The notes: generated by a model from the letters alone, not told the origin. A stretch of 64,000 nt of DNA from Gammaproteobacteria bacterium (GCA_963662545.2 CAXXLL010000002.1:320001-384000), one strand, 5' to 3'. Shown: positions 50,077 through 61,817, numbered from the stretch's first letter. Translations and numbers: made by a program.

Positions 50077-50979
50077 ATGCGGATTGGAATTGACCTCGGC
50101 GGAACCAAAATTGAGGGCGCCGTGTTGAGCGACGGCGACCGATTCGTCGAACGGCGCCGCGTCCTCACGCCGCGCGATTATCCGGACATCTGTTCGGCCA
50201 TTACCGATCTCGTCATCGGCATGGAATCGGATCTTGGGACGCGGTGTTCGGTCGGTCTGTCGATGCCGGGTGCAATTTCTCCCGCGACGGGAAGGGTGAA
50301 GAACGCCAATACCGTGTGTCTCATCGACAAGCCCTTCGTAGGTGATCTGGAGGAGCGCCTGGACCGGGAAGTGCGCGCGGAGAACGATGCAAACTGCCTG
50401 GTCATCTCGGAAGTTTACGACGGGGCGGCGACGGGAGACGCGGTTGCATTTGGGGTCATCGTCGGGACGGGGACCGGCGGTGGCATTTACGCGAACGGTG
50501 CCCTCATCCGTGGAGCCAACGCGATCGGCGGCGAGTGGGGTCACAATCCGGCGCCGTGGATGGGTATCGAAAGCGGGGGGCGCGCATGCTATTGCGGGCG
50601 ACAGGATTGCATCGAAACCTATCTGTCCGGTCCGGGGCTTGCGCGGAGCTACCGTGAGCGCGGCGGGGGCCCGTCCGCTACTGTGGAGGCGATCGTCGAT
50701 CTAGCTGCTCGTGGCGACGCGACGGCCTGCGCGGCGCTCACCGACTACGCGCGTCAATTCACCCATGCGGTGGCTACCGTGATCAACGTGCTCGATCCGG
50801 ACACGGTCGTGGTCGGGGGCGGCCTGTCGAACATTCCGTCGCTGTCCGAAAACGTCGAGCGCTTGTTGCCGGATTACGTTTTTTCGGATGCCGTGACCAC
50901 GCGGGTACGCCGTGCGATCCACGGCGACAGCAGCGGTGTACGGGGTGCTGCCCGTCTATGGGAAGCAACCGGCGGCTGA
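50077..50979 (+). CDS. ROK-family sugar kinase (Mak/fructokinase-like)
   Basis: IGIDLGGTKIE, ENDANC, GTGTGGG, GEWGH, CYCGRQDCIE, GDSSGVRGAA. Confidence 0.92.
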   Translation: MRIGIDLGGTKIEGAVLSDGDRFVERRRVLTPRDYPDICSAITDLVIGMESDLGTRCSVGLSMPGAISPATGRVKNANTVCLIDKPFVGDLEERLDREVRAENDANCLVISEVYDGAATGDAVAFGVIVGTGTGGGIYANGALIRGANAIGGEWGHNPAPWMGIESGGRACYCGRQDCIETYLSGPGLARSYRERGGGPSATVEAIVDLAARGDATACAALTDYARQFTHAVATVINVLDPDTVVVGGGLSNIPSLSENVERLLPDYVFSDAVTTRVRRAIHGDSSGVRGAARLWEATGG

Positions 50980-51241
50980 ACCGACATTCTTCCGCACGAA
51001 AGCTGAATCCGACGTGGCTGGCGCTTCATAATGTGAATGGAGTCACAGCGAAAACCGCGATGAGCGACTACACTGAGACTAAGTCAAGGATACCTCCCAA
51101 TGCTCTTGACGCGCTCGGTGGACGCCCGATCCTCCCTCCCCCAATCCCCAGGGCGACACCGAGCATTTTTTCGCCTCTTAAATAGAATAAACTAATCGAA
51201 AATGTTATTTCGATAGAGATGAAATAAACAGACGATGATCG

Positions 51242-51934
51242 TCAACCGGTCGCCACTTTCTCCAGGCGGTAACCATGCTGGTAGATCGAGGAGAGTTTCC
51301 AGCCCGTATCGGGTGCCAGCGCGAGTTTCGATCGGATACGGCTCACGTGCGTATCAACCGTGCGCGTGTTGATATCGGGATTACGGCCCCACACGCTTTC
51401 GAGGATATGCCCTCTCGACAGCACACGCCCCACGTTTCTGAATAGAAAGACGATGAGTTCGTATTCCTTTTGCGTCACCTCGATGCGCTCACCGTCGCGT
51501 TGTATCTGGTGGTTACCCAAATCGATGAGAAACGGATCCTGTTCTATCGTCGACTGCTTGTCGTCGACGCCGGCCGTGCGCCTGACTACGGCCGTCAGGC
51601 GAGCCAGAAGCTCGCGTTGTTTCGCGGGCTTGACCACGTAATCATCGGCGCCTTCTTCGAGAGCGCGCACGATGTCGTCTTCTTGATCTTTGGCGGTGAC
51701 GAAGATCACTGGAATAGGCCAGTCGAAGTTCTCGCGGACCCAGCGCAGGACCTCGAATCCGTCCATGTCCGGGACCATCCAGTCGAGGATCAGAACGTCG
51801 TAACTGTCGTGCTTGATATTGCGGATAAACGGCTTGCCGCTATCAAAATGCTCGCAACTGTGACCGGCCGATTTCAACCAATTCATGAAGAGCGCGGCTT
51901 GATCCAAATCGTCTTCGAGCAGTGCGACCCTCAC
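51242..51934 (-). CDS. Orphan OmpR-family response regulator
   Basis: GTG 51934 VRVALLEDD, ILDWMVP, GADDYVVKP, winged helix RTVDTHVSRIR, GYRL. Confidence 0.92.
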   Translation of the reverse strand: MRVALLEDDLDQAALFMNWLKSAGHSCEHFDSGKPFIRNIKHDSYDVLILDWMVPDMDGFEVLRWVRENFDWPIPVIFVTAKDQEDDIVRALEEGADDYVVKPAKQRELLARLTAVVRRTAGVDDKQSTIEQDPFLIDLGNHQIQRDGERIEVTQKEYELIVFLFRNVGRVLSRGHILESVWGRNPDINTRTVDTHVSRIRSKLALAPDTGWKLSSIYQHGYRLEKVATG

Positions 51935-52035
51935 ATCTAATCTCCCGATTGACCCTATTAGCTTTGGGCTGCGACCGTCACCGCCCGCGATGGCGTGTTC
52001 ACTAGCCCTCAAACGTTCGTATAATAACCCCATTG

Positions 52036-52431
52036 ATGAGCAAAATTACGAAATCCGAGGACGAATGGCGGGAAATCCTTTCGCCTGAAGCCTTTGCAGT
52101 ATGCCGTCATCAGGGGACCGAACCGCCTTTCTCCGGCCGCTATGACGCGAATAAGGAAGATGGGATATATCGTTGCGTGTGTTGTGCTGCCGAACTCTTC
52201 AAATCGGAGCATAAATTCGATTCTGGAAGCGGTTGGCCGAGTTTCTGGCGGGGCGTCGACGACGGCCAATTGATCTTGCGCGACGACGACAGCCACGGCA
52301 TGGTCAGGACCGAAGTGGTGTGCGCGCAATGCGATGCGCATCTCGGCCATGTTTTTGACGACGGGCCGGAACCGACCTCCAGGCGTTTTTGCATCAATTC
52401 CGTGGCACTCGATTTCGATCAGTCGGAATAA
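52036..52431 (+). CDS. msrB: Methionine-R-sulfoxide reductase
   Basis: [43 protein letters not shown]. Confidence 0.97.
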   Translation: MSKITKSEDEWREILSPEAFAVCRHQGTEPPFSGRYDANKEDGIYRCVCCAAELFKSEHKFDSGSGWPSFWRGVDDGQLILRDDDSHGMVRTEVVCAQCDAHLGHVFDDGPEPTSRRFCINSVALDFDQSE

Positions 52432-52660
52432 GTCGGTTTAGGGGTTCCTGTCCGAGCTATCCTACGGACGCGCACCGGCGACCTGAGTCGTCAGCACGAC
52501 CGTGCCGCCGTTCTCCAATCCAAAATTCCTGGTCTCGGGCACGGCGCCGCAGGCGCGTGCTGAGGCCGGCTGAATTTCCGTACGGCGATGCCGTTATCTC
52601 GAGCTCCCTCCGGGCGAATAAAATCGCCCGGCGACCGCCCTTTTCCAAGTTTCTCTCAAC

Positions 52661-52687
52661 TAAAGTTTGGCGCGCCAGCACCGATAT
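52661..52687 (+). promoter_or_regulatory. Sigma28 (FliA) promoter of the stator operon
   Basis: TAAAGTTT-N11-ACCGATAT versus consensus TAAAGTTT-N11-GCCGATAA; about 97 bp before pomA. Confidence 0.8.
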
Positions 52688-52783
52688 CAATGCTTGACCG
52701 GCAAGCGTGACGCGCGCGCGACGAATCATGGGAAGCGGTTAAGGAAATTTCTTTTAGTTTCAAATAGTTAAAAAGGAAAAAAC

Positions 52784-53566
52784 GTGGATCTGGCGACCCT
52801 TTTAGGCTTGATTGGCGCCATCGGAATCGTGCTCACGGCGATCGTTACCGGTGGCGAGATCGGTCTATTCATCAACTTTCCATCCATCATGATCGTCGTC
52901 GGCGGGACCATCGGCGCGGTCATGATGAAGTTCACCCTGCCCCAGTTTCTGGGCGCGTTCAAGGTTGCCATGCGGGCGTTCATATTTAAACTCGACAAGC
53001 CCGAGGAACTCATCGAGTTGACCGTCGAAATGGCGCAAGAGGCGCGCAAGGGCGGATTACTCGCGCTGGAGGGCAAGGAAACCGATAACGCGTTTCTGGC
53101 CAAGGGCATTCAGATGATGGTCGATGGTCACGAGCCCGACGTGGTCAAGCAGACCCTGATGACCGACATGCGTGCGGCAGTCGATCGCCACGACATTGGA
53201 CGCAAGATCTTCAAATCGATCGGGGACGCGGCACCGGCGATGGGCATGATCGGTACGCTCATCGGCCTGGTTCAGATGCTGTCGAATATGAGTGATCCCG
53301 CCTCGATCGGACCTTCGATGGCGGTAGCGCTGTTGACGACGCTGTACGGCGCGATGATCGCCAATATCTTCGCGATACCCATCGCCGACAAACTGGCGCT
53401 GCGAGCGGACGAAGAACGCATGGTGAAATCGATGATCATCGACAGCCTGCTGGGCATCCAGGAAGGTCGGAATCCGCGGGTGATTGAGGAAATTCTTAAA
53501 ACCTATCTCCCGAGTTCGAAGCGCAACCTTCCGAACGAAGAGGTCCAGGCACCTCAGGATGATTGA
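52784..53566 (+). CDS. pomA: Flagellar stator A subunit (PomA type)
   Basis: DLATLLG, ARKGGLLALE, APAMGMIGTLIGLVQML, ALLTTLYG. Confidence 0.93.
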   Translation: MDLATLLGLIGAIGIVLTAIVTGGEIGLFINFPSIMIVVGGTIGAVMMKFTLPQFLGAFKVAMRAFIFKLDKPEELIELTVEMAQEARKGGLLALEGKETDNAFLAKGIQMMVDGHEPDVVKQTLMTDMRAAVDRHDIGRKIFKSIGDAAPAMGMIGTLIGLVQMLSNMSDPASIGPSMAVALLTTLYGAMIANIFAIPIADKLALRADEERMVKSMIIDSLLGIQEGRNPRVIEEILKTYLPSSKRNLPNEEVQAPQDD

Positions 53567-54587
53567 AGATCAACCTCGTAAGCAGGAGGAACCGGGAGGC
53601 GCTTGGATCACGACTTTCGCTGATCTCATGTCGCTGCTGATGTGCTTTTTCGTATTGCTGTTGTCTTTCGCGGAACTCGACATCATGAAGTTCAAGGCCG
53701 TGGCGGGATCAATGAAGCTCGCCTTCGGCGTGCAACGGGAAATCAAGGCGATCGAGGTACCCAAGGGAACGAGCATTATCGCCCAGGAGTTCAGCGCGGC
53801 TGCGCCCGATCCAGGGGCTATCAATGAGATTCGGCAACAGACGACCGACGAAGACAAGCAAACCCTCGAATTCACCGACGCGTTGGTTAATGAGACGGAT
53901 GGAGAGGATCCCGAAGATATGGACGGCGGCCAGCCCGAACAGTTCGAGGAAACCGAAGCCGATGCGCAACGCCTGGTCGAGGCCCTCAAAAACGAAATCG
54001 AAGAGGGCATGATCCAGATAGAGACGCAAGCCGATTCCATCGTCATTCGAATTCGGGAGAAAGGTTCGTTCCCGTCGGGCACGGCGCTGTTCGATCCGGC
54101 GTTTCAACAGGTGCTCGAAAAACTGCGCGATGCCATGCAAGACGTAGAAGGCACCATTGCGGTCGCCGGCCACACCGACGATATTCCAATCAGCACATCG
54201 CTGTACCGCTCGAACTGGGATCTTTCCTCGGCGCGAGCCGTATCAGTCGTTCATGCGCTGCTGGAAAGCGGAACGCTCGACGTGGCGCGCTTCGTCGTCG
54301 AAGGACACGGTGATGCCCATCCATTGGTGCCCAACGACACGGCCGAGAATCGCACCCAGAACCGGCGCGTCGAAGTCACGATACGCCAGAGTCAGTTCGA
54401 GCTAGACTCGGTCGAGGAGGCGATGGCCGCCTACGCCGCACCGGAATCCCGCGAAGCCCGGGCGTCACCCCGGCAAGAGCCTGAAAGCGCCCTCGACGAG
54501 CCGGCGGAATCCACGGCGCAAGAACCGGTCCCCGAGCAACCGGAATCCCGTATCGACCTGATACGCAAAGGCATAGAAGGGGCGTGA
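53559..54587 (+). CDS. pomB: Flagellar stator B subunit (PomB type)
   Basis: ATG 53559; WITTFADLMSLLMCFFVLLLSF; OmpA-like GHTD, NWDLSSARA, NRRV. Confidence 0.92.
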   Translation: MIEDQPRKQEEPGGAWITTFADLMSLLMCFFVLLLSFAELDIMKFKAVAGSMKLAFGVQREIKAIEVPKGTSIIAQEFSAAAPDPGAINEIRQQTTDEDKQTLEFTDALVNETDGEDPEDMDGGQPEQFEETEADAQRLVEALKNEIEEGMIQIETQADSIVIRIREKGSFPSGTALFDPAFQQVLEKLRDAMQDVEGTIAVAGHTDDIPISTSLYRSNWDLSSARAVSVVHALLESGTLDVARFVVEGHGDAHPLVPNDTAENRTQNRRVEVTIRQSQFELDSVEEAMAAYAAPESREARASPRQEPESALDEPAESTAQEPVPEQPESRIDLIRKGIEGA

Positions 54588-54754
54588 GGCCTGACGATGG
54601 ACCGCGCCCTTTATTTCGACCACAAACGAATGGAGCATCAAGTAAATATGTGCTTGATGAATGAAGTGCAACGGACGCCGCATTATCGTTGCAGTGAGGT
54701 AAGAAATGCCAGGAAAACATTTTTTTACCACCACCTTCAAGCGGAGCTAAGACC

Positions 54755-55354
54755 ATGACAACAGAACGTCGACGGTATTTCCGAATCCAAGAACGGGCCT
54801 TAATCAAATATCGCGTGATCCAGGAAGATATGCTCGTCGAAGAGCGCAAATTCATCTTTCTCAACGAGATTAAGGTCGAAAATCTGCACGCGGCCCTGTT
54901 GGGCATCGACCTGCGCCTGCATGACCTCGTCGCTGCTGTACGTGGGGAAAGCAAGCTCGTCGCTGAGGCCCTAGATCTCATCAATAGAAAATTAACCTTG
55001 CTCGAACGTGTCGTGTCACTGGAGAGTGCGCATTCGGGCGGATCCGAATACCACGAGCACGAACCGACCCAGATTGATCTCAGCGGCGGGGGCATGGCGC
55101 TGATCGCTACCACGCCGCTCGCCTCGAGCGCCTGGCTCGCAATCGATATGGTGCTGCTGCCGACGAATCACCCGATGCGGGTGATCGGCCGCGTGGTGGA
55201 TTGCAGACAAAACGATGGCGGCGGATTTGCGATTGCGATCGAGTTCGAGGAAATTCGCGAAGAAGACAGGGACATGCTCATCCAACACATCGTTCGCAAA
55301 CAATCGCAGGTATTGAGGGAGGAGAGACTTGAAGGCGCTGAAGACGCCGCTTGA
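54755..55354 (+). CDS. PilZ-domain c-di-GMP effector
   Basis: ERRRYFRI (RxxxR) and IDLSGGG (DxSxxG) separated by a helical insert. Confidence 0.9.
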   Translation: MTTERRRYFRIQERALIKYRVIQEDMLVEERKFIFLNEIKVENLHAALLGIDLRLHDLVAAVRGESKLVAEALDLINRKLTLLERVVSLESAHSGGSEYHEHEPTQIDLSGGGMALIATTPLASSAWLAIDMVLLPTNHPMRVIGRVVDCRQNDGGGFAIAIEFEEIREEDRDMLIQHIVRKQSQVLREERLEGAEDAA

Positions 55355-55384
55355 CAACCAGAGGGTCAAACTGGTTACACCAGG

Positions 55385-55951
55385 TCAGGCTTTTGGCAGG
55401 GTAACGCCGCTTTGTCCCTGGTACTTGCCGGCGCGATCCTTATAAGACACTTCACAATCTTCGTCGGATTCCAGAAATATCACCTGTGCGGCGCCTTCGT
55501 TGGCATAGATCTTCGCGGGCAAAGGCGTGGTATTCGAGAATTCGAGCGTGACGTGGCCTTCCCACTCCGGCTCCAGTGGCGTCACGTTGACGATGATTCC
55601 GCAGCGCGCATAGGTGGATTTGCCGAGGCAGATCGTGAGCACGTTGCGGGGAATGCGGAAATACTCGATCGTGCGCGCCAGCACAAATGAATTCGGCGGA
55701 ATAATACACACGTCCGCATTAACATCGACGAAACTTGCAGGATCGAAATTTTTTGGATCGACGATCGTCGTGTTGATATTGGTGAAGATCTTAAATTCCG
55801 GTGCACAACGCAAATCGTAGCCGTAGCTCGACGTACCAAAGGAGATGACTTTGGTGTCACCCACTTTCCGAACTTGCCGTGGTTCGAATGGTTCAATCAG
55901 ACCGTGCGATGCCGCCATTCGCTTGATCCAGCGATCGGACTTTACCGGCAC
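55385..55951 (-). CDS. dcd: dCTP deaminase
   Basis: [28 protein letters not shown]. Confidence 0.98.
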   Translation of the reverse strand: MPVKSDRWIKRMAASHGLIEPFEPRQVRKVGDTKVISFGTSSYGYDLRCAPEFKIFTNINTTIVDPKNFDPASFVDVNADVCIIPPNSFVLARTIEYFRIPRNVLTICLGKSTYARCGIIVNVTPLEPEWEGHVTLEFSNTTPLPAKIYANEGAAQVIFLESDEDCEVSYKDRAGKYQGQSGVTLPKA

Positions 55952-55976
55952 CTCACAGCTTCCCCGTCCGTCTCGT

Positions 55977-57062
55977 TCAATTGTTTTGAATGACTATTTT
56001 GGGAAACTTTGCAGAATGGTCCTGCGCCTGCAACGCCAGCCGGGCCGCGATCTTGCGCGCGATCTGACGGTATGTTTCCGCAATTTGGGATTCCGGCTCG
56101 ATCGCGACGGTTGGGCGCCCGTTATCGACGCCTTCGCGAATCGCGATGTCGAGCGGCAGTGAGCCCAGCAGGTCGATGCCGTATTGTTTCGCCATGGATT
56201 CGCCCCCGCCCTGGCCGAACACGTGCTCCGCATGACCGCACTGACTGCAGATATGTACGCTCATGTTCTCGACGATCCCGAGCACCGGAACGTTGACCTT
56301 TTCGAACATCTTGAGCCCTTTCCGGGCGTCGAGCAGCGCGATGTCCTGCGGTGTAGTGACGATCACCGCACCGCTCACCGGGATCCGCTGACATAGCGTT
56401 AAATGGATGTCGCCGGTACCCGGCGGCAGGTCGACGACCAGATAGTCGAGATCACGCCAATTGGTATCGTTGAGAAGCTGCTCCAGCGCGCCCGTGACCA
56501 TCGGGCCGCGCCAGATCATGGGCGTATCGTCTTCGATGAGATTGCCCATCGAGATCGATTGCAGTTCGTAGCTGATCTGCGGTTCCATGGATTTACCGTC
56601 CCGGCTTGCAGGCCGGCCGTGACTCGCGAGCATGCGCGTCTGACTCGGGCCGTAAATGTCGGCGTCGAGCACGCCGACTTTGCCACCCTCTTGTTTCAAG
56701 GCGAGAGCCAGGTTGGTTGCAGTGGTCGACTTGCCGACCCCGCCCTTCCCGGAGGCGATCGCGATGATATTACGGACCTCCGGCATTGGTTTGATTCCTT
56801 TCTGCACCTCGCGCGCTACGATGCGAGAGGAGATTTCGAATCGAATGTCGACGCCGTCGATGCCTGCGACGGCTTTTTGCAGGCGTTGTTCGAGTTCTGG
56901 TCGGTAACGGTCGAGCGGAAAACCGAGCAGGACCTTGACGGTGGCCGTCGATCCCTCGACTTCGATTCCCGTAATGGCCTTTGCAGCTACCAGATCCATG
57001 CCCAGATACGGGTCCGCCTCGGCTGCAAGTGCCTGTGTGATTCGATCTTCTGTCTGACTCAT
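55977..57062 (-). CDS. apbC: Fe-S cluster carrier ApbC/Mrp
   Basis: ATG 57062; [44 protein letters not shown]. Confidence 0.96.
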   Translation of the reverse strand: MSQTEDRITQALAAEADPYLGMDLVAAKAITGIEVEGSTATVKVLLGFPLDRYRPELEQRLQKAVAGIDGVDIRFEISSRIVAREVQKGIKPMPEVRNIIAIASGKGGVGKSTTATNLALALKQEGGKVGVLDADIYGPSQTRMLASHGRPASRDGKSMEPQISYELQSISMGNLIEDDTPMIWRGPMVTGALEQLLNDTNWRDLDYLVVDLPPGTGDIHLTLCQRIPVSGAVIVTTPQDIALLDARKGLKMFEKVNVPVLGIVENMSVHICSQCGHAEHVFGQGGGESMAKQYGIDLLGSLPLDIAIREGVDNGRPTVAIEPESQIAETYRQIARKIAARLALQAQDHSAKFPKIVIQNN

Positions 57063-57257
57063 AAATTCGTGTCCTTTCCAGAATCGCATTTTACACCATC
57101 GGTCGAGACTCTCGCTGCTGCTTATCCTTAGGAAGCGGCAACGGTTATGTCCTTGATGGAGCCGCAAACACCCCGGATGGTTGACACGGCATCGCAGGGT
57201 CTTCTCCGGTGGCAGCTGATCAGCAGGGACGGACGGGCAAATAACCAGGTTTTCCAC

Positions 57258-57304
57258 CAGCCTGATAAACTGCGCTCCTCGAAGTTCAAGGGTCCGACAG
57301 GCTG
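57258..57304. repeat. Remnant of a family-B end
   Basis: GTCCGACAGGCTG followed by CTAA (57292-57308), identical to the family B TIR; only a short CAGCCTG partner at 57258. Confidence 0.45.
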
Positions 57305-57355
57305 CTAATCACAAGCCCATCAATAAACCCTGCAACCGCGTCCAGTTCCACCGCC

Positions 57356-59377
57356 ATGTCCGAGCAAAAGCGAAAAATTCTCGTCACCAGCGCGCTACCC
57401 TACGCCAATGGGCCGATACACATCGGCCACCTGGTCGAATACATACAGACCGATATCTGGGTCCGATTTCAGAAAATGCAGGGACACGAGTGTTACTACG
57501 TGTGTGCCGACGATGCTCACGGCACGCCGATCATGCTCAAAGCGGAGCAGGAAGGAGTGACGCCGGAGCAGCTCATCGAGCGTGTCGGTGCGAGCCATCG
57601 CCGGGATTTCGACGACTTTGGCATCGAATTCGACAACTATTATTCGACGCATACGGACGAAAATCGCGAGTTCGCCGAACTGATCTACACGCGCCTTCGC
57701 GATAAGGGCTTCATTTCAAAGCGCACGATTCGGCAGGCTTTCGATCCGCTCAAACAGATGTTCCTGCCGGATCGTTTCATTCGGGGCACGTGTCCGCGCT
57801 GCAAATCACCGGATCAATATGGCGACAGCTGTGAAGTCTGCGGCGCTACCTACGCGCCGACGGATTTGCTCGATCCCGTGTCGGCCTTGAGCGGTGTGAC
57901 GCCCGAGCTCAAGGAATCGGAGCACCTCTTTTTCACCCTGGGTGCTTTCGAGAATATGCTGAAGGATTGGCTCGCTAATCATGACCTGCAGCGAGGCGTC
58001 GTCAACAAGCTGAGCGAATGGTTCGAAGTGGGATTACAGGACTGGGACATATCACGGGACGCGCCGTATTTCGGATTCGAGGTACCGGATCATCCAGGTA
58101 AATTCTTCTACGTATGGCTAGACGCTCCGATCGGGTATCTCGCGAGCTTCAAGAACCTGTGCGTGCGCAAAGGCTTGGATTTCGAGGCCTTTTGCGGCAA
58201 GGACAGCACAGCCGAGATGGTCCACTTCATCGGCAAGGACATCATGTATTTCCACACGCTGTTCTGGCCGGCGATGCTGTACGGCGCGGATTTCAGGCTG
58301 CCTTCCAATGTCTTTGTTCATGGCTTTCTCACCGTCGAGGGGACGAAGATGTCCAAGGCGCGAGGCACTTTTGTTGCGGCCCGTACTTATCTGGAGCACC
58401 TGAATCCGGAGTATCTGCGTTATTACTTTGCCGCCAAATTGAATGCGGCCATCGAAGACATCGATTTGAATCTCGAGGATTTCGAGGCGCGGGTGAATGC
58501 GGACATGGTCGGCAAGGTCGTCAATATCGCCAGCCGCTGCGCGGGATTCCTGAGCAAGCGTTTCGACGGCGAACTCAGTGCCGAAATAGATGCACCCGAG
58601 CTGTTGGCGCAGTTTCAGGAAGCGGCGGATTCGATCGCGCGCAAATACGAAGCGCGGGAGTACGGCCGCGCCATGCGTGAGATCATGGGGCTGGCCGACA
58701 GCGCCAATCAGTACATCGACAAACGCCGTCCGTGGGTCATCGCCAAGGAAACATCGCGCGCCTCGGAACTACGGCAGGTCTGCAGCATGGGTATCTACCT
58801 TTTCAGGATCTTGATGGTGTATCTGAAACCCGTACTGCCGATTACCTGCCGCAACGCCGAAATCTTTCTCGGCGGCGCAGAGCTTGATTGGACCGATGCG
58901 CAGAACATACCGGACGAACTGCGGATCCAAAAATTCAAACCGCTGATGCAGCGCGTCGATGGAGATAAAGTCAGACAGATGATTGAAGCGAGCAAAGAAC
59001 AAGACGCAGCCGGCGACGAAAATGCCGAAGCGGGCGGCGGCATTTTCGAGCCGGAGATCAGCATCGAAGAATTCGCGCGTATCGATTTGCGCGTTGCCCG
59101 GATACAAGACGCGCGCCACGTCGAGGGCGCAGACAAACTGATCCAGTTGGTACTCGATGTCGGCAGCGAGGAAAGGCAGGTATTCGCCGGAATCAAGCAG
59201 GCCTATGAGCCGGAAACCCTGATCGGGCGTCAGGTGGTCATGGTGGCGAATCTCGCGCCGCGCAAGATGCGGTTCGGGGTGTCGCAGGGCATGGTATTAG
59301 GCGCCGGTCCCGGCGGAAAGGACATCTTTCTCCTCGAACCCGATACCGGCGCCGTGCCCGGCATGCGGGTGAAGTAG
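57356..59377 (+). CDS. metG: Methionine--tRNA ligase
   Basis: [13 protein letters not shown], zinc knuckle, WDISRD, KMSKA, C-terminal tRNA-binding domain. Confidence 0.99.
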   Translation: MSEQKRKILVTSALPYANGPIHIGHLVEYIQTDIWVRFQKMQGHECYYVCADDAHGTPIMLKAEQEGVTPEQLIERVGASHRRDFDDFGIEFDNYYSTHTDENREFAELIYTRLRDKGFISKRTIRQAFDPLKQMFLPDRFIRGTCPRCKSPDQYGDSCEVCGATYAPTDLLDPVSALSGVTPELKESEHLFFTLGAFENMLKDWLANHDLQRGVVNKLSEWFEVGLQDWDISRDAPYFGFEVPDHPGKFFYVWLDAPIGYLASFKNLCVRKGLDFEAFCGKDSTAEMVHFIGKDIMYFHTLFWPAMLYGADFRLPSNVFVHGFLTVEGTKMSKARGTFVAARTYLEHLNPEYLRYYFAAKLNAAIEDIDLNLEDFEARVNADMVGKVVNIASRCAGFLSKRFDGELSAEIDAPELLAQFQEAADSIARKYEAREYGRAMREIMGLADSANQYIDKRRPWVIAKETSRASELRQVCSMGIYLFRILMVYLKPVLPITCRNAEIFLGGAELDWTDAQNIPDELRIQKFKPLMQRVDGDKVRQMIEASKEQDAAGDENAEAGGGIFEPEISIEEFARIDLRVARIQDARHVEGADKLIQLVLDVGSEERQVFAGIKQAYEPETLIGRQVVMVANLAPRKMRFGVSQGMVLGAGPGGKDIFLLEPDTGAVPGMRVK

Positions 59378-59387
59378 CCCAGATCAG

Positions 59388-59945
59388 GTGGCCGGAACGA
59401 TGACAGGGGGGCTGACCGGCGACATCATCCTGGTCTATCTGATCGGTCTGTGTCCTGCACTGGCGCTATCCCGCAACTTCGATGCTGCATTGGGATTGGG
59501 TGCCGTCACGATCATCATGGCGCCCCCCGCCGCCTTAATCGGCTATTGGATCGCATCGACGCAAAGCCATGTGATCGTCGTGTTACCGCTGATAATAGCA
59601 GGACTGTTCATTTCAATATTCTATTCAGCGAAACTGCTCGAAATCTTTCTGCGCAAGGTTCATGGTCTACTGGAAGCCACTGTGCCGCTGATGGCCGTCA
59701 ACTGCACGTTACTGGGCATCGTTCTGATTTCCGCCAATGCCGCCGCCGGCGCCGCCGGCGCAACTCTCTACGCTTTATCGCTGGCCTGCGGCTACGCTTT
59801 GGTACTCGCCGTGTTCTCTCAATTGCGCGAGCGCTTGCTTGGCTCCGACGTCCCTAGTCCGTTTCGAGACGCGCCGGTCGCGCTGATCACCCTAGGTATC
59901 ATCGCGCTTGCCCTGTTCGGTTTTACGGGAATGCGAACACTTTAA
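59388..59945 (+). CDS. rsxA: Rnf/Rsx subunit A (divergent)
   Basis: IGLCPAL, PLMAVNCTLLG, RERLLGSDVPSPFRDAPVALITLG. Confidence 0.85.
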   Translation: MAGTMTGGLTGDIILVYLIGLCPALALSRNFDAALGLGAVTIIMAPPAALIGYWIASTQSHVIVVLPLIIAGLFISIFYSAKLLEIFLRKVHGLLEATVPLMAVNCTLLGIVLISANAAAGAAGATLYALSLACGYALVLAVFSQLRERLLGSDVPSPFRDAPVALITLGIIALALFGFTGMRTL

Positions 59946-60107
59946 GGAACCTCTGAATAAGTCATGGCCCATCTGCCTTGCCCATGAAATCGCGGAGCCT
60001 TACGTTACGAACCTTAGCCCTAATCCCGGTATGGCCTGCGATTCGTGCCTTGTATCTGCACCATTGCATGAACCATTCAGACGCACGATGACTTATTCAG
60101 AGGTTTC
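59946..60107 (+). mobile_element. MITE family A copy 8 (162 bp), directly after the rsxA stop
   Basis: Same TIRs; left flank TTAA contains the rsxA TAA. Confidence 0.92.
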
Positions 60108-60137
60108 TTTAATGCGGGCTAGGACGGGCCAATTGCA

Positions 60138-60671
60138 ATGTTATTAACCTTCGCGATTGCGATTCTGGCAGGCCTGGCCGCGGTTTGGCTCGCCTATACC
60201 GTGCGGACAGGCAGGGTATCGGGGGCGGACAGCACCGTCAGCCGGGTCGACGCGCTGTTGCCGCAAACCCAGTGTTGCAAGTGTGGCTACGATGGATGTG
60301 CGCCTTACGCCGAGGCCATCGTCTATGCGAACGAGTCAATTTCGTTATGTCCTCCAGGGGGGGATGCAACGCGCCGCGCGCTGGCATCCATGCTGGGCCG
60401 CGACCCGGGAGCCGCTGGCGGCGACGGGAGCCTGCCTACGAGGCTAGTTGCCGAGATCGTGGAAAGCGAGTGTATCGGGTGCACCAAATGCATCCGGGTA
60501 TGCCCGGTCGATGCGATCGTCGGCGCCAACGGGAGAATGCATACCGTGATTGCGAATCTATGCACGGGGTGCGATCTCTGCACACCCGTGTGCCCGACCG
60601 ACTGCATCGAAATGCGTATACCGCTAAGCCAGGGGCGCCGCCCGGTCTGGATGGCGCCGATCGCGGCTTGA
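60138..60671 (+). CDS. rsxB: Rnf/Rsx subunit B
   Basis: LPQTQCCKCGYDGC..CPPGG; CIGCTKCIRVCP; CTGCDLCTPVCP. Confidence 0.93.
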   Translation: MLLTFAIAILAGLAAVWLAYTVRTGRVSGADSTVSRVDALLPQTQCCKCGYDGCAPYAEAIVYANESISLCPPGGDATRRALASMLGRDPGAAGGDGSLPTRLVAEIVESECIGCTKCIRVCPVDAIVGANGRMHTVIANLCTGCDLCTPVCPTDCIEMRIPLSQGRRPVWMAPIAA

Positions 60672-60785
60672 TTTAAATCGAGTCGGCGGGCCCGAAGGGC
60701 GGATGCCATGGATGGCATCCGCAATCCAGCCAGAGTCGCAACGCCGTATCGCGACGCGAGAACAAGCGAATTATGAAGGTTCATT

Positions 60786-61817
60786 GTGGGACAGCACGCT
60801 AGTTCACCCTTTGTAAAAGGGAGCCGGTCGGTCGCGCAGATCATGCGCTACGTTCTGCTGGCTCTGATTCCCGCTGTCGTACTGCACGTCGTTTTTATGG
60901 GCTTCGGTATCCTGATCCAATTCGCCCTGGCGGCGTTCGTCGGCATTGCACTTGAGATCGCGATACTTCGACTGCGGCGCAAACCGTGGCGCGACGGCAT
61001 TGACGACCTGAGCGTTTTGGTTCTCGCGGCACTCTTTACCATCGCCGTTCCGCCGTACGCCCCTTTCTGGTTCACCATCGCGGGGGTTGCGTTCGCGGTC
61101 ATCGTGGGTAAGCACATCTACGGTGGCATTGGCGGCAACGTATTCAATCCTGCCATGGCGGGGTATGCCTTCGTACTGGTGAGTTTCCCCGTGGTTGGGA
61201 CCCAATGGCCCGTGATCGGCGGGGAGGCCGACTTCATCGGCCCGCTAGGGGCCTTGATCCACATTTTCGCGTCCCAGGCGAGCGCCGACGCCGTGTCCGG
61301 CGCCACAGTGCTTGATTTCAGCCGCACCCAGGCGGCCTTGATGGTGATGCGTTCTGAAATGCTGGGCGATGCGGTGTTCGGGCGCATTGCCGGTCGGTCC
61401 TGGGAATGGATCAACTTCGCTTATTTGATCGGCGGTTTATGGTTGTGTTTCCTGCGCATCATCTCGTGGCGTATCGCCGCCGGTGTCATCGTGGGAATCG
61501 CACTGCCCGCCTTGATTTTCTCTGGACTCGACCCGGAACTTCGGGCAGGGGTTTTGTTCCATTTGTTTGCCGGCGCCGCGATGCCCGCCGCGTTTTTCAT
61601 TGCCACCGATCCGGTCTCGAGTCCGGCCGCGCCGCGGGCGATGCTGGCATTCGGTTTCGGCGTCGGTCTGTTGATCTATTGCATCAGGGTGTGGGGCGCC
61701 TACCCGGATGGGGTCGCCTTCTCTGTATTGATCATGAACGCCTTAGTGCCTGGTCTCGATCGAATCTTTCGGCCCCTGTCTTATGGGCGGCGGAATACCT
61801 TGAAGGATGCGGGCTAA
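60786..61817 (+). CDS. rsxD: Rnf/Rsx subunit D
   Basis: GKHIYGGIGGNVFNPAMAG, SGAT flavinylation motif, FFIATDPVSSP, YPDGVAF. Confidence 0.94.
   Translation: MGQHASSPFVKGSRSVAQIMRYVLLALIPAVVLHVVFMGFGILIQFALAAFVGIALEIAILRLRRKPWRDGIDDLSVLVLAALFTIAVPPYAPFWFTIAGVAFAVIVGKHIYGGIGGNVFNPAMAGYAFVLVSFPVVGTQWPVIGGEADFIGPLGALIHIFASQASADAVSGATVLDFSRTQAALMVMRSEMLGDAVFGRIAGRSWEWINFAYLIGGLWLCFLRIISWRIAAGVIVGIALPALIFSGLDPELRAGVLFHLFAGAAMPAAFFIATDPVSSPAAPRAMLAFGFGVGLLIYCIRVWGAYPDGVAFSVLIMNALVPGLDRIFRPLSYGRRNTLKDAG

Noticed and set aside
52784-54587. Zorya ZorA/ZorB defence system
   Set aside because: Short canonical PomA with no long ZorA tail, a sigma28 promoter, and no zorC/D/E.
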